Assembly (NCBI GenBank): GCA_036679645.1 | Contig: JAZDCY010000013.1 | Span: 1-64,000, forward strand | Length of the DNA stretch: 64,000 nt | Origin: Gemmatimonadota bacterium | GTDB lineage: Bacteria; Gemmatimonadota; Gemmatimonadetes; Gemmatimonadales; GWC2-71-9 | Direction: 5' to 3' | Shown: piece by piece, positions 1 to 7,654 of the stretch | Layout of the letters: each line of letters begins with the position of its first letter | Position numbering within the stretch: position 1 is the first letter of the stretch | The notes under the pieces: generated by a model | What the model was told of the DNA's origin: nothing | Seen by the model: only the letters and a program-made list of their open reading frames with translations | The model's database searches: none | Program-made: the position numbers and the translations under genes

Positions 1-172
1 CTGTCGGATCGGGAGCTGAATCGAGGTGAACGATGCGGAAGAAGACTGCCCCGCGTACCCGGAAGCACCAGAAGGCCTCGTCCCCTCAGCAGTCGGGGCT
101 GATTGCCAGGGAAAGGAACGCCAGGCAATCAGCGGTGACGAAGTCCGCCCTTGACAATCGCTTTCATAGAAC
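1..172 (+). mobile_element. Right end of an IS110/IS1111-type element (sister copy of IS-A) inserted in an attC
   Basis: 1-172 aligns with 2018-2192; ends CCTTGACAATCGCTTTCATAG-AAC, directly followed by the attC arm GTCCTTGCGCTTCAGTTGCGG. Confidence 0.85.
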
Positions 173-310
173 GTCCTTGCGCTTCAGTTGCGGCCAAGCT
201 CAACACTCGGCCCAGCAGGTGGCTCGGCTACCGTACTTCCACAGGGTTGTCATTCTCGATGACGCTCAATGTTGCACTTCAAAGTTGATACTAAACAGCG
301 CTTGCTAACA
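170..310 (-). repeat. Degenerate attC site, IS-interrupted at R'
   Basis: AAC-N6-GCGCTTCAGTTGC arm and CAGCGCTTGCTAACA end overlapping the stop of ORF 305-790; arms poorly complementary. Confidence 0.6.
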
Positions 311-790
311 TTCCGTCCAGGATGGATCGCGACAGACCAGCTCGAACTCAACGGGCTCGGTCCGGCGCACGACCTCCGTGTGTTTATTCAGGAGGAGTCC
401 AACAACCTGATAAGTACCGGCCGGCCACCGCACCGCGCCGCCGTTTGGAGCTAAGCGCGGGGTCGGGAGTAGGCTGAACTCCATAGTGATTGCATCGCCG
501 GGGACGATATCACGAACATCGAGTATGCTGCTACACCCAAAACGTGGACCGACATCGGCGCTGTTCGGCGCCACGACCGTGAAGCTGACTACGCAACCAC
601 CTTGCGTCTCCAAGCGCACGAGCCGCGCTGTGCGGTTGGTAGCGGTTACCCGGACGAGGACCGCAGAATCGGGGCGCATACGGTTGGCGCTCAGCTTGAT
701 GGACAAGTCGAGCTGCTCAACCGGCTCAGATGGAAGCAGGCAAGCGGTTGCTGTCAGAATCAGTGTGACGGATAGTAGTCGCCACATCAT
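305..790 (-). CDS. Cassette lipoprotein, beta-rich, possibly BsuPI/Ig-like
   Basis: RBS AAGGAGGGAG, signal peptide with lipobox ATAC, single ORF between attC sites. Confidence 0.7.
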   Translation of the reverse strand: MMWRLLSVTLILTATACLLPSEPVEQLDLSIKLSANRMRPDSAVLVRVTATNRTARLVRLETQGGCVVSFTVVAPNSADVGPRFGCSSILDVRDIVPGDAITMEFSLLPTPRLAPNGGAVRWPAGTYQVVGLLLNKHTEVVRRTEPVEFELVCRDPSWTEC

Positions 791-996
791 GGTCTCCCTC
801 CTTACTCGAGCACATGGGTCGGCATTCTGCCGAGCCTCCCTGGTGCTACCCCGAGACCACGGATCGTTCTCGACTCTCGGATCGGCAGTCTATCGCCGAA
901 CCCCGGGTGCGCTGCCTAACGCATATTGAAAGCACGCCCCTTGCTGCTATCGTGGAGTCGACCGAGACCCAGGGACCACAGCAAGGAGCGGCTCTC

Positions 997-2046
997 ATGA
1001 AACGAACGACGAAGTATGTGGCGTTGGACGTGCATCAGGCAACAACGGTCGCCGCGGTACGGCAGGAGGGCGGGCGGGTGATCGCCCGGACCATCCTGCC
1101 GACGGAGGCGCCGGCGCTGCTCGAGTTCTTCGGCGGTATGCGCGGCGCGGTGCACGTCACCTTCGAGGAAGGGACCCAGGCGCAGTGGTTGCACGACCTG
1201 CTCGCCCCGCACGTCGATCGGGTAGTGGTGTGCGATCGGCGGGGGGAGGGACGGCGTGGCAACAAAGGCGATCGGGTCGATGCCGACGAGCTATCCGAGT
1301 TGCTGCGCCGCGGGGCTCTGCGCGCGGTGTATCACGGTAGTGCGCACCGGACCGTGCTCAAGGAGTTTGCCCGCGCCTACCAGAATCTGGTCGAGGACTC
1401 CACGCGTGTGATGCTCCGGCTCAAGGCGTTGTTCCGCGCCCGGGGGATCAAGACGCCCGGTACCAGGGTGTACCAGCAGCAAGGTCGGGAGCAGTGGCTG
1501 GCGCAGCTGCCCGATCGCGGCACACGGTTCCGCGCGGAGATGCTCTATGCTGAGCTCGAGGTGCTGCGCGCGCTGCGGCCCAAGGCGAAGGTGGCGATGA
1601 TCGCGGAAGCCAGGCGCGATGCGGCGTGGCGCGTGTTGCACACGATCCCGTTCATCGGCCCGGTGCGCGTGGCGCTGTTGTTGGCCACGATGCAAACCCC
1701 CTGGCGGTTTCGCACCAAACGGAACCTGTGGGCCTACGCGGGGCTGGCCGTGGTGACCAAGTCCACTGCCGACTACGCGCTGGTCGCGGGCCGGCCCGTG
1801 CGCCGGCGCCGTCCCCCGCTCACGCGCGGCTTGAATCCGAATCACAATCGGGTGCTGAAGAATGTGTTCAAGAGTGCGGCCGCGGCAGCCACGGGGCGGC
1901 CGGGCTCGCCTAACTCTAGGCCCCCTCGCAGAACCCGAAGAAGCCGCAGGCCGGCTCCGTGCCGAGTCTCAGATAGAACCATGGTTCGCAGCGCGCGAAC
2001 ACGACGCTTGCAGCGTCCTGTCGGATCGGGAGCTGAATCGAGGTGA
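997..2046 (+). pseudogene. IS110-family transposase, C-terminus apparently deleted near 1900
   Basis: RBS AAGGAG, MKRTTKYVALDVH, TFEEG, KGDRVDA (DEDD), IPFIG, AYAGL; the usual ARK helix is missing after ATGRPG and the frame runs into non-coding RNA sequence. Confidence 0.75.
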
Positions 2047-2155
2047 ACGATGCGGAAGAAGAAAACTGCTCCGCGTACCCAGAAGCGCCCGACCGCCTCG
2101 TCCCCGCAGCAGTCGGGGCTGATTGCAACAGGCAAACACGCTCAGCAATCAGCGA
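1901..2155 (+). ncRNA. Putative bridge/seek RNA of IS-A
   Basis: Loop with GCCTAAC (1908-1914) equal to the left target; loop with ATAGAAC (1973-1979) equal to the IS right end; hairpins GTTCGC/GCGAAC and GCTGATTGC/GCAATCAGC. Confidence 0.65.
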
Positions 2156-2170
2156 CGACGAGGTGTGCCC

Positions 2171-2192
2171 TTGACAATCGCTCTCATAGAAC
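2171..2192 (+). promoter_or_regulatory. -35 box of an IS circle-junction promoter
   Basis: TTGACA 2171-2176; joining the ends gives TTGACA-17 nt-CATATT (922-927). Confidence 0.65.
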
Positions 2193-2364
2193 CTCCTTGC
2201 GCTTCGGTTGCGGGCGACCTGCCGGCTGGTGCACCGCCGGGACCAACACTGCGCATAATCAACATCTGCTGAACGTGCACAATCCTCCCCCGGCGCACAA
2301 CCAAACAACTTCCCTAACGAACGAACGCGCCCGTCGACTGCAAGCGGTTGCTAGATGGCAGTCA

Positions 2365-2577
2365 CTACAAGAGCTTCTTGAACTCCTCGACCGTGAGGCC
2401 AGAATCGCGCACGATCCCACCCATGGTGAAGGCGTTAACTGGATTCGCTCGAGGGATAGTGAGGATGCGCTGGCCATCGGTCATCACGATGTGCTTGCCT
2501 TCTCGAGCGACCCGGAAGCCAGCCTTCTGCAAAGCCCGAACAGCGTCACGGTGGTTGATGCCCGGGATCCGGGGCAC
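2365..2577 (-). CDS. hicA: HicA-family toxin
   Basis: 70 aa, ALQKAGFRVAREGKHIVM with conserved His; adjacent to hicB. Confidence 0.85.
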   Translation of the reverse strand: MPRIPGINHRDAVRALQKAGFRVAREGKHIVMTDGQRILTIPRANPVNAFTMGGIVRDSGLTVEEFKKLL

Positions 2578-2775
2578 TTACACCGCCACGTCGATCTCGC
2601 GGACGTCAGCGTCACCGAGCTGCTCCTGAACGACTTCGACATATTCTCGGATTGCGTCTCGGATGTTAGCCAGGGCGTCTTCCTCACTAGCGCCTTGCGA
2701 CCAGCACCCAGGGAGCCCGGGCACTGACGCAGCGTAGCCTTCTTCTGAACGGACTAAAGCGATCTTGTACTTCAT
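2578..2775 (-). CDS. hicB: HicB-family antitoxin (short form)
   Basis: MKYKIAL...VPGLPGCWSQGASEEDALANIRDAI; RBS GGAGG before ATG 2775. Confidence 0.9.
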   Translation of the reverse strand: MKYKIALVRSEEGYAASVPGLPGCWSQGASEEDALANIRDAIREYVEVVQEQLGDADVREIDVAV

Positions 2776-2819
2776 CTGGGCGTCCTCCGATGCTGGATTA
2801 TACCGGATTTCAGACTGTC

Positions 2820-3108
2820 GTCTAACGTCCGTGCGTTTGAGCTGCAAACAACTCGCCTGCGAGGCGAGCCGGCTCGCGAACGTATCTATGCGTTTGCACG
2901 GCGTTCATATCAACGCCTTCCTTCAAGACGGTCCGTGTTTGTCAGCTCCTAACGGAGCCTGTGTGAAAACTCCTAACGTTCGCCACCCCGGCTAATTCCG
3001 ACGCGCACAATTCGCGCAGGAGCCACGATATCGGCTTCCCGATACGTCGGACAACCCCTCTTCTGTCCACACCGCCGAGTTTTCACACGGCCTCAGCGCC
3101 TGTTAGGC
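2820..3108 (-). repeat. attC site interrupted by MITE copy 1
   Basis: GTCTAAC 2820-2826, arms GCGTTTGAGCTGCAAAC / GTTTGTCAGCTCCTAACG, GTTAGGC 3102-3108. Confidence 0.85.
2955..3094. mobile_element. 140-bp MITE, copy 1
   Basis: TIRs GAGCCTGTGTGAAAACTC / GAGTTTTCACACGGCCTC (16/18); flanks AACG / AGCG; near-identical to 3797-3936. Confidence 0.9.
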
Positions 3109-3119
3109 TGCACGATGCG

Positions 3120-3617
3120 TCAGCCACGCTCCGGACACTCGCTAGGCCTCGCAAACGCGACAACGGGATCCGGTACGACCCTAGGGGTGTACCACATGTA
3201 GCCGGGGCCCGCCAGAACACGCCGATCATGATACAGCTGAAGGCCGTCGCTCCCGAAGTAGATACGCTGCTCTTGCACGGTTCCGTTCACGGCACGCAGT
3301 TCGACCAGCATGAAACGTAGGACCTGCTCAGCGTCGTAGTAGTAGCTGGCCTCTAGGACGTGATCATCCCCGCCGCCTTCAACGATGAAGAGCCGCCCGG
3401 CACCGGTACTGTCTTGGTAGAGTGCGCGCTTTATATAGTCCTGCGGACAGTACTCGAAGTGCCGGATGCTCTCTCGAAGGGCACTGTCCCCGAGAGCCGC
3501 CCGGACTTGGGAGTAGACTGCGCGCACCTGGCGGATTTCGGGGCGTGTCATCCACTCTTGAGCCTCTGCCGGAACCGCAACCGCCAAGATGACCAGGCCA
3601 ATAAGGTGTCGTGGCAC
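3120..3617 (-). CDS. Secreted hypothetical cassette protein
   Basis: RBS AAGGAGG, GTG start, signal peptide ending AEA; bounded by GTTAGGCTGCAC inverted cores. Confidence 0.75.
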   Translation of the reverse strand: MPRHLIGLVILAVAVPAEAQEWMTRPEIRQVRAVYSQVRAALGDSALRESIRHFEYCPQDYIKRALYQDSTGAGRLFIVEGGGDDHVLEASYYYDAEQVLRFMLVELRAVNGTVQEQRIYFGSDGLQLYHDRRVLAGPGYMWYTPRVVPDPVVAFARPSECPERG

Positions 3618-3635
3618 CTAGGACCTCCTTGTGCA

Positions 3636-3950
3636 GCCTAACGGCTCTGCGCTTGAGCTGCAGGCAACTCACTGACGGGCGCACCGCCGGGACCTGCCCT
3701 GCGCATAATCAACTCTTGCTGAACGTGCACAACTCGCCCCCGGCACACAAGCCAACGACTTCCCTACCGAACGTCAGTGCCTGCCAGCTCCAAGCGGAGC
3801 CTGTGTGAAAACTCCTAACGTTCGCCACCACGGCCAATTCCGACGCGCACAATTCGCGCAGGAGCCACGATATCGGCTTCAGGATACGTCGGACAACCCC
3901 TCTTCTGTCCACACCGCCGAGTTTTCACACGGCCTCAGCGCTTGTTATGC
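3636..3950 (-). repeat. attC site interrupted by MITE copy 2
   Basis: GCCTAAC 3636-3642, arms GCGCTTGAGCTGCAGGCA / TGCCTGCCAGCTCCAAGCGC, GTTATGC 3944-3950. Confidence 0.9.
3797..3936. mobile_element. 140-bp MITE, copy 2
   Basis: Same TIRs; AGCG duplicated at 3793-3796 and 3937-3940; four substitutions relative to copy 1. Confidence 0.9.
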
Positions 3951-3956
3951 GGCTCG

Positions 3957-4295
3957 TCACTGAGCGAACATCTCCTGCAACGTCCCGAGTACAGTCCGAA
4001 GTGTCGGTTTCGACAGCCGCCCCAGCCGCCTGACCAAACGCGCCGCATCTACCGTGCGGAGCTGATCGAGAACAACATATCCGTCACGACGCTGGAACCG
4101 ACACGGGATACGGAAGGGATACGGATGTCCACCTGTGGTCATCGGAGCAACCAGCACCGTCTGGAGCTGGCCGTTGAGTTCATCGGGCGAGACCACGGCA
4201 CACGGACGGGTCTTCCGAATCTCGCGACCCCGCACGGGATCTAGCGCGACGAGGTAGACCTCACCCCGGCGCGGCTCCTTCGCCCCTAGTCCCAT
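3957..4295 (-). CDS. mazF: PemK/MazF-family toxin
   Basis: RRGEVYLVALDPVRGREIRKTRPCAVVS, LDQLRTVD. Confidence 0.92.
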   Translation of the reverse strand: MGLGAKEPRRGEVYLVALDPVRGREIRKTRPCAVVSPDELNGQLQTVLVAPMTTGGHPYPFRIPCRFQRRDGYVVLDQLRTVDAARLVRRLGRLSKPTLRTVLGTLQEMFAQ

Positions 4296-4537
4296 TGCCA
4301 CTCGGCCGAATCGAACCGGGTGCGCGTCGGGACATCGAGGAGTCCGTCTTCACCGCGCTCGCGCACCAGACGTGCAGCCGCTTCCCAGCCCGCACGCGGC
4401 TCGCGAACCGACGCTATTACGATGCCGTCTTCCACGACGCGGAGCTCGACTTCATCCTCGAGCCCGGCCAGCTCCAGCAGCGGTTTGGGAATCCGGACGC
4501 CGCGCGAGTTGCCGATGCGGACAAGGCGCGTTTTCAT
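4286..4537 (-). CDS. mazE: AbrB/MazE-family antitoxin
   Basis: LVRIGNSRGVRIPK; overlaps the toxin start. Confidence 0.92.
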   Translation of the reverse strand: MKTRLVRIGNSRGVRIPKPLLELAGLEDEVELRVVEDGIVIASVREPRAGWEAAARLVRERGEDGLLDVPTRTRFDSAEWQWD

Positions 4538-4549
4538 CTTGCCTCCCTA

Positions 4550-4589
4550 GTAGGTATCTACAATGTAATTACCTACCTTGAGATGGCAA
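4550..4589 (-). promoter_or_regulatory. mazEF promoter and autoregulatory operator
   Basis: Palindrome GTAGGTA...TACCTAC 4550-4576 overlapping TTGCCA-16-TACATT on the minus strand. Confidence 0.55.
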
Positions 4590-4612
4590 TGGGGCGTGGC
4601 TACGGACGAGCC

Positions 4613-4755
4613 GCATAACGGTTCCGCCCATCACCTGCAGGCGACTCCTCAAGGATCGCCCAGAACGCTGAGCGTCGCCAGAAACTCCTGAGCGAACAAA
4701 CACAATGCATTCCTTTGAAACGATAGCGCCTGTCTGGTGCATGGGCTTGTTATGC
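4613..4755 (-). repeat. Intact attC site (143 bp)
   Basis: GCATAAC...GCCCATCACCTGCAGGCG / CGCCTGTCTGGTGCATGGGC...GTTATGC. Confidence 0.9.
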
Positions 4756-4756
4756 G

Positions 4757-5047
4757 TCACGCTCTAGGCCAACCCTGAGGATGGCGTCGCGTATGGAGAC
4801 AGGCGAGCACCTCGATCGTCGTGTCGTCAACTCGCTGGTAGTACACCGCGTAGGGAAAGCGCGACATTAACGCGCGTCGAATATGGCGATGGACGGCAGG
4901 GAATGCTTCCGGAAAGCGCTCGATCAGCTCCGCCACAGCCCAAAACGCGCGCAGAAACTCCGCTCCCAAGCCGCGCGACTGGGCATCGTACCACTGTCGT
5001 GCGTCCAAGAGATCGTCGGCCGCCTCTGCGCGAATACGGAATCGCAC
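4757..5047 (-). CDS. RelE/ParE-family toxin
   Basis: AADDLLDARQWY...GLGAEF, RRALMSRFPYAVYY, ACLHTRRHP. Confidence 0.9.
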   Translation of the reverse strand: MRFRIRAEAADDLLDARQWYDAQSRGLGAEFLRAFWAVAELIERFPEAFPAVHRHIRRALMSRFPYAVYYQRVDDTTIEVLACLHTRRHPQGWPRA

Positions 5048-5263
5048 TCAACCAGACTTGTCAAGCCGCTCTCGCACCTCGTCGGCGCTCAGGTATTGCG
5101 GCGATGCCTCTGCCAAACGACGGTCGAGTTCCTGCCGATGCCACGAAGGTACCGGCACCGCATCGGGTTCTGCCGCGATGCTGTCCCAAACGTCCTCGAC
5201 CAGTCGGAGTCGCTCTTCGACCGGGAGCCGTAGGATCTCCTCGATTAGGGCGTTCGGTGTCAT
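5048..5263 (-). CDS. Addiction-module antitoxin
   Basis: LPVEERLRLVEDVWDSI...WHRQELDRR; abuts the toxin gene. Confidence 0.88.
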   Translation of the reverse strand: MTPNALIEEILRLPVEERLRLVEDVWDSIAAEPDAVPVPSWHRQELDRRLAEASPQYLSADEVRERLDKSG

Positions 5264-5545
5264 AGACTCAATCTCAGCATCGTGTCGCAGTCCGGCAACC
5301 CCAGTGACGCATAACGGCTCTGCGCTTCAGTTGCGGGCGACACGCTGGCTGGCGCGCCACCGCAGGCGGACTGCAATAGCTGAACGTGCACAATCTTCCC
5401 CCAGCGGACAACCCAACGACTTCCTTAACACACGACAGCGCCCGCCAACTGCAAGCGCTTGATGTTTCCAAGAAGTGCCCTCGAGGAATAACGTCTCAAC
5501 GCGAGTCCCAAGTCACGAGAACCGTTACCACCAGGAGGGCACCCC

Positions 5546-6497
5546 ATGTTCTATTCCGGCATCGACCAGCACAAACGCGATTGCTTCATCACAACCTACG
5601 GGCCCGACGGCGCGATCGTCAAACAGGCCCGTGTCCCCAACGCGCCACTCCAGCTCCAGCGCCACTTCGCCCAATTCCAGGGGCCGCACAAGGCGGTCGT
5701 CGAATCGACCGGCAGCTGGTACTGGCTGGCGGATCTCCTCGGTGACCTGCGCGTCGACCTCCGACTAGCGCATGCCACCCGGCTCAAGGCCATCTCCGCC
5801 GCCAAGGTCAAAACGGACAAGGTCGACTCCGATGTCCTCGCCCTGTTACTCCGAGCCGACCTCATCCCTGAAGCCCACATGATCCACCCACAACGACGCG
5901 GACCCCGCGACCTCATGCGCACCCGCCTGCGCCTGGTCGAGAAGTGTGCCAGTGCAAAGAACAGCATCGAACGCCTGCTCGAGAAGTTCAACGTCGCATG
6001 CCTCGCCGATCACGACCATCGAGCGCGCGCTCCATCCCCACCTGATCCCCAATGACGACATCCAACGCCTGCTGTGGATTCCCGGTATCGGCAAGGTCAA
6101 TGCGTTCACCATCTACACCGAGATCGATGGCATCGAACGCTTCCCCTCGGCCAAACAGTTCTTCTCGTACTGCCGCCTCGTCCCCGGCGCCGACAACTCA
6201 GCCGGGCGCACTCGGCATCGCTCCGGCTCGAAGGCCGGCAATCGCTACCTCAAGCTCGCCTTCAGCCACGCGGGCATACGCGCCGTCCAGTACAACCCGG
6301 AGATCCGTGCTTTCTACAAAGCCAAGGCTCGCAAGAAACCGATCCGGATCGCGCGCACGCTGGTCGCGCTCGAGTTGGCTCGCATCGTCTATCACGTCCT
6401 TACGGCGCACGAGGACTTCAACGGGCAGTTCAAGGGTCGAGCGCTGAGTCATCGGAAGCTCGCGCAGTGGCCACGCCGGGCAAGCCCATCCGCCTAA
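5546..6497 (+). pseudogene. IS110-family transposase, frameshifted near 6010
   Basis: GIDQH, VVEST, KTDKVDS in 5546-6055; IPGIG, SYCRLVP, DNSAG, GNRYLK in a second frame ending 6497. Confidence 0.9.
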
Positions 6498-6745
6498 CTG
6501 AGTCCGCAGCACGCGGGCTCACGCGCTTGATTGGGAAGTCCGGCGTCGTGCCAGGAACGTATCTGGGACCGCCTCGGTCAGAGGTGACCGCTCGCGCGCA
6601 ACGGTAGCGAGTCGGCAAGCCCATAATGGTGTTTGGACGCCACTGCGAGTGACGCTCCACGCGATACCACCGGCAGACGCCACGTCGCGCTCAGGGAAGT
6701 TGAACAAATGCGAAAGCGAGAAAGCGGCGAGCACGCTCGCCGCTA
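6485..6745 (+). ncRNA. Putative bridge/seek RNA of IS-B
   Basis: Internal loop with CCGCCTAAC (6490-6498) and GCGCTTG (6523-6529) matching both target flanks; TAATGGTG (6624-6631) equals the IS right end. Confidence 0.78.
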
Positions 6746-6791
6746 GGGATACTGCGTCCACTTGACAGGGCACTTCTTAATGGTGTTAGGC

Positions 6792-6888
6792 GGCACCCCG
6801 GCAGAGCATACAAGCGAGCACGACGCTTGCTGCGAGCGAGAGTACGTGGCAGTTGCGGCGGTCGCCGGCCGCCAGCGCTTGTTGCGCC
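6792..6888 (-). repeat. Degenerate attC/cassette remnant
   Basis: CCAGCGCTTGTTGCGCC just after the VOC stop resembles L''-R''; no clear R' partner. Confidence 0.45.
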
Positions 6889-6902
6889 CCCCCCCCGAGT
6901 AC

Positions 6903-7307
6903 TCAGGCGTCTTTGTTCTTAGCGTCCCAGATCAACGGCTCCCACAACTCAACCTTATTGCCGTCGGGGTCCATGATCCATGCGAACTTGCCGTTCTCGT
7001 GAGACTCCGGGCCCTGCAAGATCTCGATCCCGTTGGCCTTCAGCTGCTCCACCATCGCGGTCAGATCGTCAACTCGATAGTTGATCATGAAACTCGATTT
7101 GCTGGGCGCAAACCAATCGCTTCTCTTCTCCGCGACGTGCCAGACGGTGAGGCCCTTGTCTTCGGCCTTGTCATCCGGCCACTCGAGAATCGCTCCGCCG
7201 AAATCCTCAAGTGCGATTCCGAGGTTCGTCTCATACCACCGCGCGAGCGACTTATTGTCGCCCTCGGATTTGAAGAAGACGCCACCTATTCCAGTCACTC
7301 TTGCCAT
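6903..7307 (-). CDS. VOC/glyoxalase-family protein (first cassette)
   Basis: MARVTGIGGVFFK, MINYRVDDL, GKFAWIMDPDGNKVELWEP. Confidence 0.92.
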   Translation of the reverse strand: MARVTGIGGVFFKSEGDNKSLARWYETNLGIALEDFGGAILEWPDDKAEDKGLTVWHVAEKRSDWFAPSKSSFMINYRVDDLTAMVEQLKANGIEILQGPESHENGKFAWIMDPDGNKVELWEPLIWDAKNKDA

Positions 7308-7388
7308 TTCGTCGCTCCAATCCGCGGGCTGTCCGTGGCATCCCAGAGGTTAATATGTCTCGACAAACGACGGGCGAGGGAAGGCGGC

Positions 7389-7448
7389 GCCTAACTAGCA
7401 ATTGGACTGCATACCTCCATATGCTACACCCCGCTCGCGACATCGCAA
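7389..7448 (-). promoter_or_regulatory. Candidate attI and Pc promoter
   Basis: GTTAGGC core (7389-7395) with no attC hairpin upstream; TTGCGA-16-TAGCAT (7448-7421) points into the array. Confidence 0.5.
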
Positions 7449-7654
7449 ACGCGCTGGCGGGCGCGTCACATGGCGTACAGGATGAGACCGATGCGGCGCC
7501 GTGCTACCGCACTCCGGCTATTGGTGAGCCCCCTGAACGCGCGATCTCGGTCCAATCCCGCAGTGAGCGGTACCTTCTAAAGGCGAGCCGAGCGGCGGGC
7601 GTGGTGGGCGCGCTGGATGGCGTGCAGGTCGGCACGCCGATGCCCCCACGCGAA

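Larger units (their letters stand above)
921..2192 (+). mobile_element. IS-A, IS110/IS1111-type element inserted at the attC R' core
   Basis: AAC at both junctions (918-920, 2190-2192); short subterminal IR TGAAAGC / GCT(C/T)TCA; DEDD transposase; long 3' non-coding region. Confidence 0.9.
914..2356 (-). repeat. attC site (914-920 plus 2193-2356) split by IS-A
   Basis: Removing the IS restores GCCTAAC-CTCCTT-GCGCTTCGGTTGCGGGCG...CGCCCGTCGACTGCAAGCGGTTGCTAGAT with complementary arms. Confidence 0.85.
5462..6785 (+). mobile_element. IS-B, IS1111-type element inserted at the attC R'' end
   Basis: Perfect 12-bp subterminal IR AAGAAGTGCCCT (5470-5481) / AGGGCACTTCTT (6767-6778); TG at both junctions; TTGACA 6762-6767. 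Confidence 0.92.
5309..6791 (-). repeat. attC site (5309-5461 plus 6786-6791) split by IS-B
   Basis: Restored GCATAACGGCTCTGCGCTTCAGTTGCGGGCG...CGCCCGCCAACTGCAAGCGCTTGTTAGGC. Confidence 0.9.

Noticed and set aside
33..2727. Similar ORFs starting MRKKTAPRT at 33 and 2050
   Set aside because: They read through IS right ends and attC; the similarity reflects the repeated non-coding end
3709..3912. ORF inside the MITE
   Set aside because: It crosses the element boundary into attC and has no transposase features
2193..5461. Repeats as a CRISPR array
   Set aside because: Long palindromic units separated by whole genes and no cas genes; these are attC sites
6762..6785. IS-B circle-junction promoter
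   Set aside because: TTGACA is present, but the junction gives only GATGTT-like -10 candidates; not called
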